A DNA stretch of 63,198 nt, counting the filler, from Choristocarpus tenellus KU-1152 (Eukaryota; Protista; Phaeophyceae), in the NCBI GenBank assembly GCA_964200185.2. It is 13 parts of 13 records of this genome, joined end to end, with 100 filler letters (N's around TTAATTAATTAA, not from the genome) between each part and the next. Parts side by side here need not be neighbours in the genome. Positions count along the whole stretch, not along the records: positions 8,469 to 15,130 come from CAXNAD020007619.1; positions 15,231 to 19,597 come from CAXNAD020014885.1; positions 19,698 to 27,853 come from CAXNAD020005069.1; 10 more parts are not named here. One strand, 5' to 3'. Below, in pieces: positions 12,100-24,612 of this stretch (position 1 is its first letter; each line of letters begins with the position of its first letter). The notes beneath the pieces are model-generated. The model did not search any database and was not told the origin of the DNA. It saw only the letters and a program-made list of their open reading frames with translations. The translations under genes were made by a program, and so were the position numbers.

Positions 12100-12422
12100 T
12101 TACAGATATATCAGGGCAAAAACCACATAAACAATTCACATGTCAGAAAAATCCCTAGAGAAGTAACAGTCGTTATAAACGTGAAAAACAATAATCCATT
12201 TTCTATTTTACTACCAGCTATGCTGTACCACTACCTTCCTGTGCCTCCAACCTACCTATTCCTGCACCCCAAGGTGAGAAGTTAGGGAAGCATCCCAAGA
12301 ATCTAACAAGCCCCTCCTTGCCCATCTCTCTGGTGACTCCAGGCTAAAACGCATGATACGTCTGGACAGGGTCACCTGCGTTGTTACCGAGACTATTTGT
12401 CGTAGGCGGGATTTGACCCCCT
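12100..12422 (-). mobile_element. Further CRE-like 3' fragment
   Basis: ORF 12256-12474 contains KSRLRQIVSVTTQVTLSRRIMRF..SWDASL; UTR matches 10240-10385 in reverse. Confidence 0.8.
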
Positions 12423-13031
12423 CTTTATAGTGTAATATCGAAATATGTAGACTTGGGTTTTCCTTATTAAACAAAGGTGTCAGAGGTTAAAAAATTAAGT
12501 GCTTCAAATATACAATAAACAAGAGGACAAATGAACGTTTAGGGGATTGTTATAGAATACGTTGTATTCAAATAGTAAATTGATTTTAGAGAGAGATATT
12601 ACAACTGATGCTTTTAGTAGGGGTCCATATCATATTGTTTTTGCTTTTTCTGTCACGCGTTTGCAAAATGTTACAGAACATAATAATAAAAAATAAAATA
12701 AACGATTCTGAGAAATTGAAGATTACTAAAGAAAGACAAAAAGAAATACAGAAACATCAGGAATCTTATTGAATGGCCAGGAAGTACTTTCCACGTTTTA
12801 CATGGAGTTTAAAACAATGATTAAAGAGTGAACCTATTACTAGCGTTCTATTCCAGGAAGCATGCACAGGTTTCAGGGAAATCAGATTTCCATGATCCAA
12901 AGTCCACGTTGTAACCATGGCGGATTCTACAACCAACAGTATTTAAATGAGTGTGTGGAGGGCATATGCGAAGGGACCAGTACACCAACTATGTACGCCA
13001 CCATGACAATATCCAACATGTTCAGATTTAG

Positions 13032-13210
13032 AGCTCAAAGTATCTGGGGGGGGTTGTGGATGTCCATTTGGGGCCCATTTCTCCTATGTCACAATTTTTG
13101 GGTGATTTGGTTGCATACGTCGAATGGATAATGTAAGTGCACTTTTCCTGGTTTTGTCCCAAATGGACACCCTGGAGTAGACCCTCCACCCCCCTCAAAT
13201 ACTCTGGGTC
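13032..13210. mobile_element. MITE family A
   Basis: AGCTCAAAGTATCTGGGGG ... CCCCCTCAAATACTCTGGGTC with the conserved core GGTGATTTGGTTGCATACGTCG; flanked by TTTAG on both sides. Confidence 0.85.
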
Positions 13211-16032
13211 TTTAGTCTTTGCCTGACTGTGCAAAAAATTATCAACCTAAACATATACGTGTTGATGTGGGATCTGTTCATAACTATTGATCTTCAAAGT
13301 GTGCAACAAAAACTCTACGCTTACAATGAAAGCTTCAACCGCCACATCCCTCCCAGACAGCATCAAAACACAAATCGAATTCATAATCAATCATCCCCTC
13401 AATGATCAATCGTGTTTAACAAAAAATTACTTGAGAGTAAGAAGTTTTCCCAGTCTTGATATTCGTCTTTTCCCTCCCTTGAAACATCTCCAAAATATTT
13501 GTGGGCATAGTAATGTGGTGTGAAGTATGTCTCATCTTAAGGGTGGAATGGACTTACAGATAGTATGGTGATAGTTTAAAATGTGCACCAATATCTTTGT
13601 GAAGCTTAGTCAAGTGATTCTATGATGCAGAGATGATTTGTTTTTCTCGACACACGACTGTGCGATTGTGGATAACCCTTGAACGAGATTGTTTTGTGGG
13701 TAGGTGATTGTGGCAGAACCCACTCTATAGAACAAAATAAAATAATATTTGGTACTTCGAAGTACACTTTGACGTACATTATAATCCAATCATCACTATC
13801 ATTATGGTACAGCATTGTCAAACAATAGTAGTGCAGGGGAGTGAGGACTGTGCTGGGAGAGAAGAAAAGAACGTGTACCACAAAGCAGGTATAGTGGCGG
13901 AGATGCAGTAGGAGGAAGGGCATGGGGGGGGGATGTATCTGAGCCTGAGCAAAATAGAAGCTCCACAAGTATCAGCAGCCACTTTGGTCCAGTACCGCCA
14001 GGAGATATGACACAGGAGAAGAGTTTATACGTGCCTGTGCAAAATTGATTACTGAGCCAAGCATGATGTATAGATGTGGGGTCTGTGAGTAACTTTTACC
14101 TCCAAACTGGCTCGCAGGGAAGCTGAAGAAGTGATAAAGGGATCAAAGTTCAGGACCCTGCCAGACGGAAGATACAATATTACATTTTGGGTCAACCATT
14201 CCATGAATAATGTTCAACAATGTTTGAACCAAGCAAACGAGAGGTGCTCAAGTTTTGGTCGTTTTGCAGTTTAAGGTAGATTTTCGATCTTTTGCAAATC
14301 GCTCATCTTTATATCGATGAATGGCTAAGTTCGACTTAAGAGCGTTTATTTCTCTATTTGTTTGAAAATTTTCGACAGAATTCAGAAAATTTCCTTTACG
14401 CATTTCTAAAACCCCCCGAAATTTGCACATATTTTTCAGCATTTCTAAAATGCAACACTGCACATACCTCTCGCTTACTTTGATGCAGGTTGAATTTAGG
14501 GTTTGAGTTAGAAGGGAAGGGAAGGATATCTGATCATTGTTACGAATATATATTTGAATATTCATGTATAGACCGAGTTGGACTCGATAGTTCAATTCAA
14601 TCTGTTCATATGATTGGAGTTGGCTTCACTTTCTTCAAAGCAAGGAAGTGAGCAGAGATTAGGCATGTCAAACGCACTAAGTGGGTTTGTTGGATGAGAT
14701 CTCCGGTTCAACTCAACAACATCTCCACCTTTATCCTCCCCCTGACCCTGAGTCCTGTTTGTGCTGAAGATAGCTGCTCAAATATTGACCATACTAGACA
14801 CAACCTCGACATGCCCACTTGCAGGTTCGAAAACTGGTCACCGAATTTCACATCTGAGGAGAGAGACTACCGCTTTGAGGACCCAGCAGTACCCTCTGTG
14901 ACCATGCCAGCCGCACAGCCAGACTCACCTGGAGATGTCCAGGTGAGGATAGACAATGATATCGTGGAGAAGACAGGGGAAGAGACGGAGACGTATTGCA
15001 ATGGAGATCAAGCACAGTACCTTGGTGAAGATGGGTACTGGTGGAGTTCGGTACGTATGCAGGAGGGAGGGTGTGTCATACACCATGTCTATGGGTGTGT
15101 GGCATTACCCCCCCCTGTATGCTAGTACTCNNNNNNNNNNNNNNNNNNNNNNNNNNNNNNNNNNNNNNNNNNNNTTAATTAATTAANNNNNNNNNNNNNN
15201 NNNNNNNNNNNNNNNNNNNNNNNNNNNNNNGAAAAATAAGTCGGGGGGCGATTCCACTTTGGAGCAGATGGATGAGTTAGTTTAACTTTTGAATTGTTGT
15301 TGTCTGTTGGAGGTTGTGGTGATTTGATGATTTGATTGAAGTGTCTTTTTCTCAGACTTTGGTGGTAGGCTGCGAAGTAGACAAAGGGAGGACTGTTTGT
15401 TGAAAAAAAAAGGATATCAATCTCAAGACCCACTGCAGCCCCTGTGTTGTGGTTGTGGTCCAATTGTGCCTGTATGTGTGAAACCTTGGTGTTTTTTTTA
15501 ATAGGTACCTGCTTCTAGAGCAAGAAAATCATGTTTGTGCAATCAGAAGGCTTTAGTAGAGAGATTATGACCTAAGCCTAAACCTAAGCCTAAACCTAAC
15601 CCTCAACGGCAGTTGTAATATTTTTATATCCTCAACATTATAGTAGTCCTAATACTTTTAAGTATTGCCAGTTGATGCTGCTGCTATTTTGTCTGGTTCT
15701 GCAGGCTGTGCCCTGCATTGCCCACGGTTCCAATTTAGAACCACAGTACGCCTCAAAGAACTGTGAACCATATGCATGCAACAGGGGTCGGTCAGTATCC
15801 AATCTGCAGATGCAGGCATCCCGAGTAGATGCCATTGAAATTTAATCCACACTCTGTGTGTATGTGCATGATGTGTTGTACTTCCAACTTGAAGTAGTTG
15901 TAGTTAGCTTGGTAGCCTTAGTGTTCATATTGGTATGCACTAGAAGCAATTGACACCCAGCACCTCTCACACTAGAGCATTAGCCCATGCAATTTAACCC
16001 TTGAAGTTCTGCCTCCCCACCTCATCAGCTCT

Positions 16033-16069
<37 letters not shown>

Positions 16070-18130
16070 GGCACCGCCCCCTAACAATCTGGCGGGGCGG
16101 GGCTGGGAGGGGAGGGCAGGGGGCAGCGGGGTGNNNNNNNNNCTTGAAGTTCTGCCCCCCCCCCCCATCAGCTCTGTCCCCCCCCCCCCCTCCTCCCCCC
16201 TGCAGTAGGAGGACATGCCTGATAATATTGGTGACGAGCTGTTTCGAGAGGAGCGCGCTTAAGGCAGGGTTTGACACGTGTAAATCCAAAAAAGTAACAG
16301 TAGAGTAGCCAGACACTACATGGTGGTCACACAAAGTAAGGTCACACTGCCTTTATCAACAGTTAGAATAGCTCTAGACTATGCTGCTGCTGTTTGGTTG
16401 CATGTTTGTTTATGTAATTGGGATGGTGGTGGGGTCTCCAAACCTTTCCACTCCTAGCGTTTTTGTTTGGTTTGAGAGCCAGACAAGTAAACCTGGTGTA
16501 TATTTCGAGATGGACTCTCTGTATAGGGCGGTTGAAGCTACTGCGTGGTATTTTAGCCTGGGTGGAGGTTCAACCATCGGTCAGTCATACGGGAGATGCA
16601 TCTATAGGCACAGGTACTTGTCTTCCATTTTGAGTATTACTAGGAGTACCAGGCAAGAGGACTCCATCTGTTGAAGGGTGTGAGTGATTATGTACCCTCT
16701 ACCATTAGTTACAAGCATTCATTGTGTATGGGTAATGTTTTGTGCACTATAGATTGACCAAATAGATTGAGATGAACTAATAAAGGCTATTCATACAACT
16801 TCTTTGGCGTGTATGAGAAGGTAACAGCGCTCTCTGCTTGGAGTGGTTCTCAAGTGCAAGTTAAAGCGCACCCGCCATTGCCCAATATTGAATAAGGTGC
16901 TAACCCTAACCCTAAGAGATTGGGAAGCAGAGGGATTAAAAAAAAACATCTTTAGTAGGTGAAGTTAACAAGCGGTACACCAAATTCCTGGCAGTATGAC
17001 AAGGCACTGGCAAAACCTTTTATTTAACACACTCGGAGGGATTAGCATTGTGCACTCCAATGCAAGGTTTGCTGCTGATAAAATGATATCTGAGACCCTT
17101 TTTTTCCGACAAGACGAATGAATGAATCATGCATTCACTCGTTCTCCCTACTACTAGCTTTGTTCAGCATCAGTTCTAGCACCCATCGGGACAAAGGAAG
17201 TACTGCATTGGGAAGGCGTTTCTCACATATATATATATATATATCTGCAGCGGGAAGTGTAGAATAACTAAGACTGATGAGATTTTAGAGTATCCTCGTA
17301 TCAAATTTTTGCAAAATCTCCATTATTAAGAAAATAAAATCCTGATGTCATCCTGATGTATGTATCCACTGTCCCTCGAACTGTTTGAACTGTGATGGTG
17401 AATAGAGGGAGTAGCTTCCGTTGCTCAACAAATAAACTGTTCATAGCTCTATGCACCTCTCTTTGATCTTGATATGCAATGATCGATTCAACCACCAATG
17501 GTTTTGCTTGTGTTAAGAAAGGCGAGAATTCAGATATTGAAGCTCAACCTTCAAAAGATGGAGGCTCTGCCTTCAAAAAGCATCAAGGGAAAAATCCAAA
17601 ATTGTTGTTTGTCCACAAGCAGTTCATGCATATTTCCCTGCTACCGATCAAATTTTAATTGTGTTTATTTTAATTTTAATTTTCCTACTTGCAACAGAAA
17701 AAAAAAAGCGTCCCATAAAAACAAAATCCTGAAAGCACTTCCTAATATTTTGACCCTCAGAGCACAAACTTGTAACACTTTTAACACCTACTCCATACAC
17801 CATCGCTTCAGGTGAGATCCTTCAACATCCCTTTCAGCCAACCAAAGACTGAGCAGAAAGGTTTCCCCCTGCTACAATCCCATGTACCCCCTTTCCCTCA
17901 TCTACCCATAAACACCTCTCACCAACACACCACACCCCTTCCTTGCAAACCACCAAGTGAACACCTCCAGTGGACAAGACGGATGCAAATTGAACAACGA
18001 TAGATCATAATGGTCAAATCCTAAACGTTTTTTACTCCTCCCCCTATATAAGTATTAAGTATCAAGCATAATCCTCCTTTGACCACAAGCTTCCCGGGAA
18101 GCTGCTGGGCCAGACCCCTCCCCCCCCCCC

Positions 18131-18179
<49 letters not shown>

Positions 18180-18329
18180 AAAGACAACCCCCCAGCAGCG
18201 AGGGAACCGCGCCCGGCCGACCGGCAGCCAAAAAAAAAACAAAAAAAAAAANNNNNNNNNNCCTCCTTTGACCACAAGCTTCCCGGGAAGCTGCTGGGCC
18301 AGACCCCTCCCCCTCCCCCTCCCCTTCCC

Positions 18330-19075
18330 CCTCCCCCTCCTCCTTCCTCCGGTAACGTTCTGAGTTTTCCTGAAAGTGCCGAAGGCATACGCGATGCTCC
18401 TGAAGATGATGCCCCCACTTCCTCAGTAGCCTCCTCCATTGCAGCGGCAGCCTCAGCAACGGCCTGCACCCTCTTCCGTCGCTTCCCTCTAACTCCAGCG
18501 TGTAGCCCTGACACATCAACACGCCTTCCCCTGGTGTTGTGGCCATGCCCAGACCCTGCTACCGGGCTGTCCAACCCTGGCCCTACTGCTAAACTTCCAC
18601 TCCAAGTCTGTCCTTGTCCCTCCTCCTGCCCGAGAACATCCTCTCGGTCCCCCTCCCCCTCCCTTGGACCTTCCCCCACTGGATTACCATGGCCAAGTAC
18701 TTGTCCCCCGATTTTTGGTACAAGACTGCCTCGGTGGCCCAGCTCATTGGTACTGCTCAGTCCTGGGCCAGTACCATCTGTTCTCGACTGTTGAGATTCC
18801 TGGAATGATCCCGAAACAGAAGGGCAAGGAACCGTTGGATGAGCAGAAGATACCCGTGATATTCCCGTAACTCTGGCCATGGGGATCGGTCCAGGACTGC
18901 GCCCTCTAGTTGAGGAGTGAGAAGTTGTCTTGCCAGCAGTGCCACTGGCGGTGCTACTGCCCTTTCTGTTTCGGACAAAGACAGCGCTAGAGTGGGGGCT
19001 CCGGGCCGAGGTTGTGGGCATAGAGGTGGCCCTGTAGCCTTGTGTGTTCTTGGACGGATGCTCATGGGATGTCAT
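18330..19075 (-). CDS. Probable exon of an unknown Ser/Gly/Glu-rich low-complexity protein
   Basis: Long GC-rich open frame (..EGPREGEGDREDVLGQEEG..AVAEAAAAMEEATEEV..). No domain recognised; boundaries uncertain. Confidence 0.35.
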
Positions 19076-20221
19076 CGGACTGAGGACCAGGGTTCAGTGA
19101 GAAGGAGATTTCCGGTCAGTTGTCAGGAAAATCAGCGGATAACCTTCCACACACATCCTATTAAAAATAACATTGGAAGCCAAGCCCCAAGCGGACACAT
19201 AAAGAAAGCACTGCGCACTACTGAACCCACCAAAATGAGGGGGGACAGAGATTGTTCGGGCTCCTGCCTCGAGATCATCCTTTGATGCAGCTAAACAAAT
19301 GCTCAAGGAACTGAGGGTGTCTGTCAGTCCACAGAGGACCTCAGCAAGACCCAGCAACACTACAATGGTACACAACTACTGTTACGTGACAAACACGAGA
19401 CAAGCGAGAGACTGTCGGATGACACTCCTCTCAACTCCGTTTGAGCATTGCGCACTAACAACAAAGTAGACGCCTCTATATTTCTGATGCTACTCATAAA
19501 CTTTGACGCTCTATCTACTTCATTAATTTATTTATTTTTAAAGGTGAGCCTGCTGCAGAAAAAAAAAGATTGGCATTGCTACTGAAAGATTATATATNNN
19601 NNNNNNNNNNNNNNNNNNNNNNNNNNNNNNNNNNNNNNNNNTTAATTAATTAANNNNNNNNNNNNNNNNNNNNNNNNNNNNNNNNNNNNNNNNNNNNGGG
19701 TTGGGAGGGGAGGGGGAGGGGGAGGGGGAGGGGGAGGGGTGTGTTTCAAGTGAGTTCTGCTGGAATTGTTCTGATTATACCTGTGCGGTGTTGAGTTTAC
19801 TTAAGAATTTTGTGGTTGAGTAATAGATGCTGGGAGAGGTCAGGGTTAGGGTTAGGGTTCGTTGTAGTAGGAGTAGGAGTGCAGAATGAAGTCGTCCTGT
19901 TGCCTCAGTGATGTGTACAGTGTATAGGTATTTCATTGGTGACAAAGTTATACTACTTATTTTATATTATTATTATTATTGTTGTAATATTGCAAGAAAT
20001 ATCAGGTGGAGAGGAAGGGGTTACATACAGTACAAGGAAAAATGAAGAATATGTTAAATTTATAGGCACCTTTATGGCTGGTTACATATTTTGTTGCCCT
20101 AAGCCAAGGTGGTCAATTATCTCTCTGTACACAGTAGTTATGGACAAGCACTTTTTGCACTATCTTATGCTACTCCTTTGTGACCTGACATGACAGGATG
20201 TTTTCACTTGTGCGTTTTTTT

Positions 20222-20469
20222 TAGTCAAAGTATCTTAGAGGGTAGGGTCGCGTCCGTTCGGGGTCATGAATCCAATGTTGCGATTTTGATTCATTTGGCT
20301 ATCGCGTTTGTTAGCAAGTGTCAATATCATTGCTCCGGGCACACCTTTCACAGTAGTACACATTTTAGGTAACTGTTTTCACACAGAAAACCGACAAAGA
20401 ACATAAAACCCCCGTGGGAAGCCAAGGCCCAAACGGACAAACAGGGCAAAACTCCTACCCTTTTGACTC
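20222..20469. mobile_element. MITE family B (right TIR shortened and fused to a MITE A)
   Basis: Starts AGTCAAAGTATCTTAGAGGG; body colinear with 56635-56890. Confidence 0.8.
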
Positions 20470-20645
20470 AAAGTGTCTGGGAAGGGGTGATGGCTGTCCA
20501 TTTGGGGTCAATTTTTCATGTCGATTCTTGGGTAATTTGGTTGCATATGTCGGGTGGTTACTGCAAATGCGCTTTTCCTGATTTTGACCCAAATGGACAC
20601 CCTAGTGTAGACCCCCCCCCCCCCACCTCCCAGATACTTTGGAAC
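20465..20645. mobile_element. MITE family A
   Basis: GACTCAAAGTGTCTGGG ... CCCAGATACTTTGGAAC with the family core. Confidence 0.85.
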
Positions 20646-20785
20646 ATTTGAATGCTTTGGACGTTTCTCAACTAACACCTTACCTGAAAAGATTTGCCCG
20701 CTGAAACCGACTGGTATGTGACCTCAATATACTAATCACTGCACTCTCAAATTTACAAAATCCAATTCTTATCTTTTCTACTCAG

Positions 20786-21925
20786 GAACCCAGAGACTCG
20801 TTCGACCTCGCCAAGCTTGCTCGGCAACTCTTCTCGGAGGCCAACCAGGCATACAACAGGCAGCAATGTACCCCTATCCCCGCCACACCTCCTCCTTCCT
20901 ACTCCACCCCCTCGTTGCACCCTGGTTCCTCTATGACATCTACCTCCTCCAGCTCTTCATATATGATGAACACCAAACGCACAGCTCAAGATTACACCAG
21001 TCTTCCTTCACAAGGCGGAAACGAGAGTGGTGACTCCAGTAGCAGCAGCCTCGGTAGTAAGGGAGTAAACGAAACCATAACTGACACATTAACGAAAAAT
21101 GGACGGCAACCTTTTCAACGAGCACGTGCTGAGACCGCTGCTAAGATGTCGATGTCTGTTGACCAAGGGGACGACCAAGGCGGTGGTTCAGGTAGGAACC
21201 AAGGCAAAGATGGCAGTTGTCAAAGAAGAAGTGAAGGGGGAAGGGACTGTGAGTCGGAGTGGCCTGAACGTTTGGCAAAGGTCGGTGCGGTGGATGAGGA
21301 AGGGGCTGGTGAGCTTCTGGACGAACTGAGTGGATCAAAGAGTAAGACGGAAAATGTTTCTGAGGACAGTGGTGGTGTAGGGTCTAGGCCAGGTGTATTG
21401 TCAACGGACACTGTGGGTTCCGGGCAGGGGGTTGCTAAAGACTTGCTGGCAGAGACAAACGGAAGAGAAGAAGAAAGAGATGATTGGGGCAAGAGGGAAT
21501 CTTCTTTTGGGGAAGATGGTGGGTCACCTGTGCAAGACCAGAGCATGTCTGGTCCCATTGATGTTTTGTGCGTGTCTCAGAATGGAACTGGAGAGAGTGG
21601 GGGAGAAGAAAGAGAGGTATCTAAGTGGGAAGAGGATGGCAATGAGAATACTGTGCACGAAAAGATTGATGAAACTGATCCCATTGTCTGCGGTAGTACA
21701 CTGGAGAAGGAGGCAAGGGGGACTGATATCGGTCTAAAAGAGGTGTACGAGGGGGGACCTGACAAGGATGGGCAGGAAGAGGATGGCAAGGGAAATGATG
21801 AGTCGAGCGAGGGGGGCAATGGAGGCATAAGTGGTAGTGGTGAGGAGGAAAAGTCATCTCAGAAGACTGGGAAGCGGGGCTGGGCATGGAGTTTACCTGG
21901 AAGTCGGCGGGAGAGGGAAGGCTAA
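20786..21925 (+). CDS. Terminal exon of an unknown protein with a long acidic, Gly/Ser-rich disordered tail
   Basis: Polypyrimidine tract and CTCAG acceptor at 20785, then ~380 open codons (EPRDSFDLAKLARQLFSEANQAY...) to TAA at 21925. Confidence 0.6.
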   Translation, partial: EPRDSFDLAKLARQLFSEANQAYNRQQCTPIPATPPPSYSTPSLHPGSSMTSTSSSSSYMMNTKRTAQDYTSLPSQGGNESGDSSSSSLGSKGVNETITDTLTKNGRQPFQRARAETAAKMSMSVDQGDDQGGGSGRNQGKDGSCQRRSEGGRDCESEWPERLAKVGAVDEEGAGELLDELSGSKSKTENVSEDSGGVGSRPGVLSTDTVGSGQGVAKDLLAETNGREEERDDWGKRESSFGEDGGSPVQDQSMSGPIDVLCVSQNGTGESGGEEREVSKWEEDGNENTVHEKIDETDPIVCGSTLEKEARGTDIGLKEVYEGGPDKDGQEEDGKGNDESSEGGNGGISGSGEEEKSSQKTGKRGWAWSLPGSRREREG

Positions 21926-22420
21926 TTACGATTTGTTTTGTATTTGCTTGCCGAAGATATTTTTGTCTCTGAGACTGAGGCTCTCAGCACATTTTTTAAC
22001 AAATATATTCTAGAAGTAGTTGTCGTCGTTTGGAGTAAATTATTGAAGCAAATATCACGACTTAAGCTGTTTCAATGCCTATTATCTGGCTACCAGCTTA
22101 TCAGTCCCTGGGCTACTATATGAGGTAGTGTGCTTTCCACCTCATGTGGGGCAACTGATGAGAGTGAAGGTTGTCTCTCTTCTATTGCAGTGCGGGTATA
22201 AACAGGTGGGCATTGTTCATCACAGGTGGCGAAGGCAGGAGGACTTCTCTTGCGGGAGTACTTTTCTTCTCAACAATCAAGTAACTTTGAATACATAGCA
22301 CTATTGCCTTGGACTTGATGCTGCAGCTACTTTTTGACTTATTCATCAATAGATCCCAGATTTGTTGTGGTTAGGTTGTTTTAGCTAACAAGCTCCTTGA
22401 GCAGTCGCGTTTTTTTCTTT

Positions 22421-22600
22421 GCCTCAAAGTATCTGGGGGGGTGGGGGTGTATCCCAGGGTGTCCATTCACAGGCCCTGACCAGGAGAAGTGCACTATATT
22501 ATCCATCCGACGGATGCAACCAAATCACACCATAATCGCGACATGGAAAAATGGACTCCGAATGGACAGCCGCCACACACATCCCCAGATACTTCGAGCC
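22421..22600. mobile_element. MITE family A (reverse orientation), TSD TTT
   Basis: TTT|GCCTCAAAGTATCTGGGG ... CCCCAGATACTTCGAGCC|TTT. Confidence 0.88.
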
Positions 22601-24370
22601 TTTAAAAGCTGTGGTTAGAGATCATGTGTGCATCTACTACTATGAGGCATGTATGTAGCATCATTCGCTAATACTTCCAAGTATGCTAAGAAAAGTTGGG
22701 TCTTACGTATAGTACGTGGTGTGTTTAATATCATAAGCTTTACATACAACACAATTTCTAGTTATATCATGAATAGTTCGAAGTATTTGTATAATGAGTC
22801 ATTTTTTTAATGAATGTTGTGCACTACTGTCTCGCCCTATCTCCTTCAGGAAAACAGTTTCGTACTCCAAGCTACATACTGTTTATTCCTGAGACTAGAG
22901 AGGGCTGGCAAGAAGACTCCATTGCACAATAACTAAGTCCCTCACGCTCAGAGCCAGCCAGGAACTTGAAAGGCGCGCACGAACACGCTATCTATTTTTT
23001 TCAGTACCCCCCCCTTCTCCAGCCGAACATCCACGAGAAGTCTTGGGGTGTGTGCTTGACACGTGTTTTGTTACTTTTTTTTGTAATGTGTGTACCCTCT
23101 TGTCCGCATGGGTGTGTTTAGCCTCAAAGTAGGGACGAAAACTTTGGTGTAAATGCGATAGACTCTAGAGGGCTGTCTAAGAGGAGTAGATACATGTATG
23201 AAAGGCAGAGCGAATTCTGGATGAAGCACCGCTATGCCAGTGAACTGGAAATTAATTAATAAGGTGGAAATCTAAGTGATGGTATGCCTGCACTAGATTG
23301 CGTCCTTATTAAGACAGATGTCCTGTCATGTACTCTGGGGTATATTATAGGTTGACTGAGAAGTGTGTATGACCACGGAACCATGCAGGGTCGCCTTGAT
23401 CAATGTTCCAGGACCCTTCTGTGTGTTCTAGACCGCGTTTGTTGTCCTATTCCTAACTGAACGGCGAGGATCGCTACATCGTGGTATTTTTTGTATTTAA
23501 TAGCGCTGTGGATGGAATCAATTCAATCAGTACGATTAAATTTTTTCGCTATTGATCAAAACCGTAAGTTCTGGGATATTTGTTGAATTGATATTTTCGC
23601 ACGAAGGTGGTTTATTCGCAGAGGTTGGAGTTGGAGTGCCTCAATTATAATGCGAAGTGTATGTTTTGATTATGATAAATTGTTAATCGATTATTAATCC
23701 AGTGAAACAAAAAAAAATCGGCCTAACTCACTAATAGTATCCTACTAAAATACTCTCTCTCGATCGAGTGAACTACTATAACCAGTACTATCATTATTAT
23801 GTCTTTGTTGCAGTAGATGGAGAGCATTAGAGCAGTTATATTGGTGCTCCTCTGTTTTTCTCCCTCCCCTTGGTATCTATCTGAAAAAGAAAATGGCCCT
23901 AACAACAGAGAACAGAGAATATAATGGATTGTGGATAAAATAAAATATATTACGTATTTTTTCTTGACAGAAGGCTCTCTAAGAGTCGATGTATTGATGT
24001 ATATTTCATTTAGATGTTTTGACTCTAAGGCAAAATTCATCACATGGAAGCAGACATTTTATCCCTTTCGTGAGGAACAAATAACAAGTCCACCAATTGT
24101 TTTCGATCAAGTAGCTATTGTTATTCACTTTGGTTGGGACTATGACAACCCCCACTACCTTTCATACCACCTATAGTAGTAGTAGTAATAGTAGTAGTAA
24201 TTGCACACCCTCAGTTCAAGCCCTTGCTTCTGGGCTGTTGGTTTAGTCATCCCACCTCCCTCGAATCTTGTGTTGGACCTGCACATCGGCATTGCTCTGT
24301 AAGGAAGCCTTGTTAGCTCATTCTTGTTTATCAGCAATAGATCATAGAAGGCGGTACTGATGATAGGATA

Positions 24371-24612
24371 TAGTGAGTCAAAGTAAGCGAGAGGAACCCA
24401 GAGTTGCATTTTGAGGATCTCCTTATTTTACGGAAGTAGTGTGTAGTTTTTTATCCGAGTTTTATCGAAATATTTCAAACAATGGACAAATAAACCCTCT
24501 CAAGATAAACTTAGCACTTCATCCATAGAAATATGGGAGAATTACAAAAGATTGAAAACCTGGCTTAAAATGCAAAACGGTCAAGAACTGGGTCGTTTAC
24601 TTTGACTCAGTG
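24371..24612. mobile_element. MITE family C (Tc1-like termini, flanked by TA)
   Basis: TA|TAGTGAGTCAAAGTAAGC ... GTTTACTTTGACTCAGTG|TA; related copies near 97, 29629 and 51547. Confidence 0.7.

Noticed and set aside
18073-18312. Apparent direct repeats across short N gaps (also ~15999-16190)
   Set aside because: The same sequence on both sides of a ~10-N gap with noisy G/C between; most likely unmerged contig overlaps.
22154-22172. Hammerhead ribozyme core (CTGATGA..GAA)
   Set aside because: No GAAA with supporting stems; other CTGANGA hits also lacked the fold.
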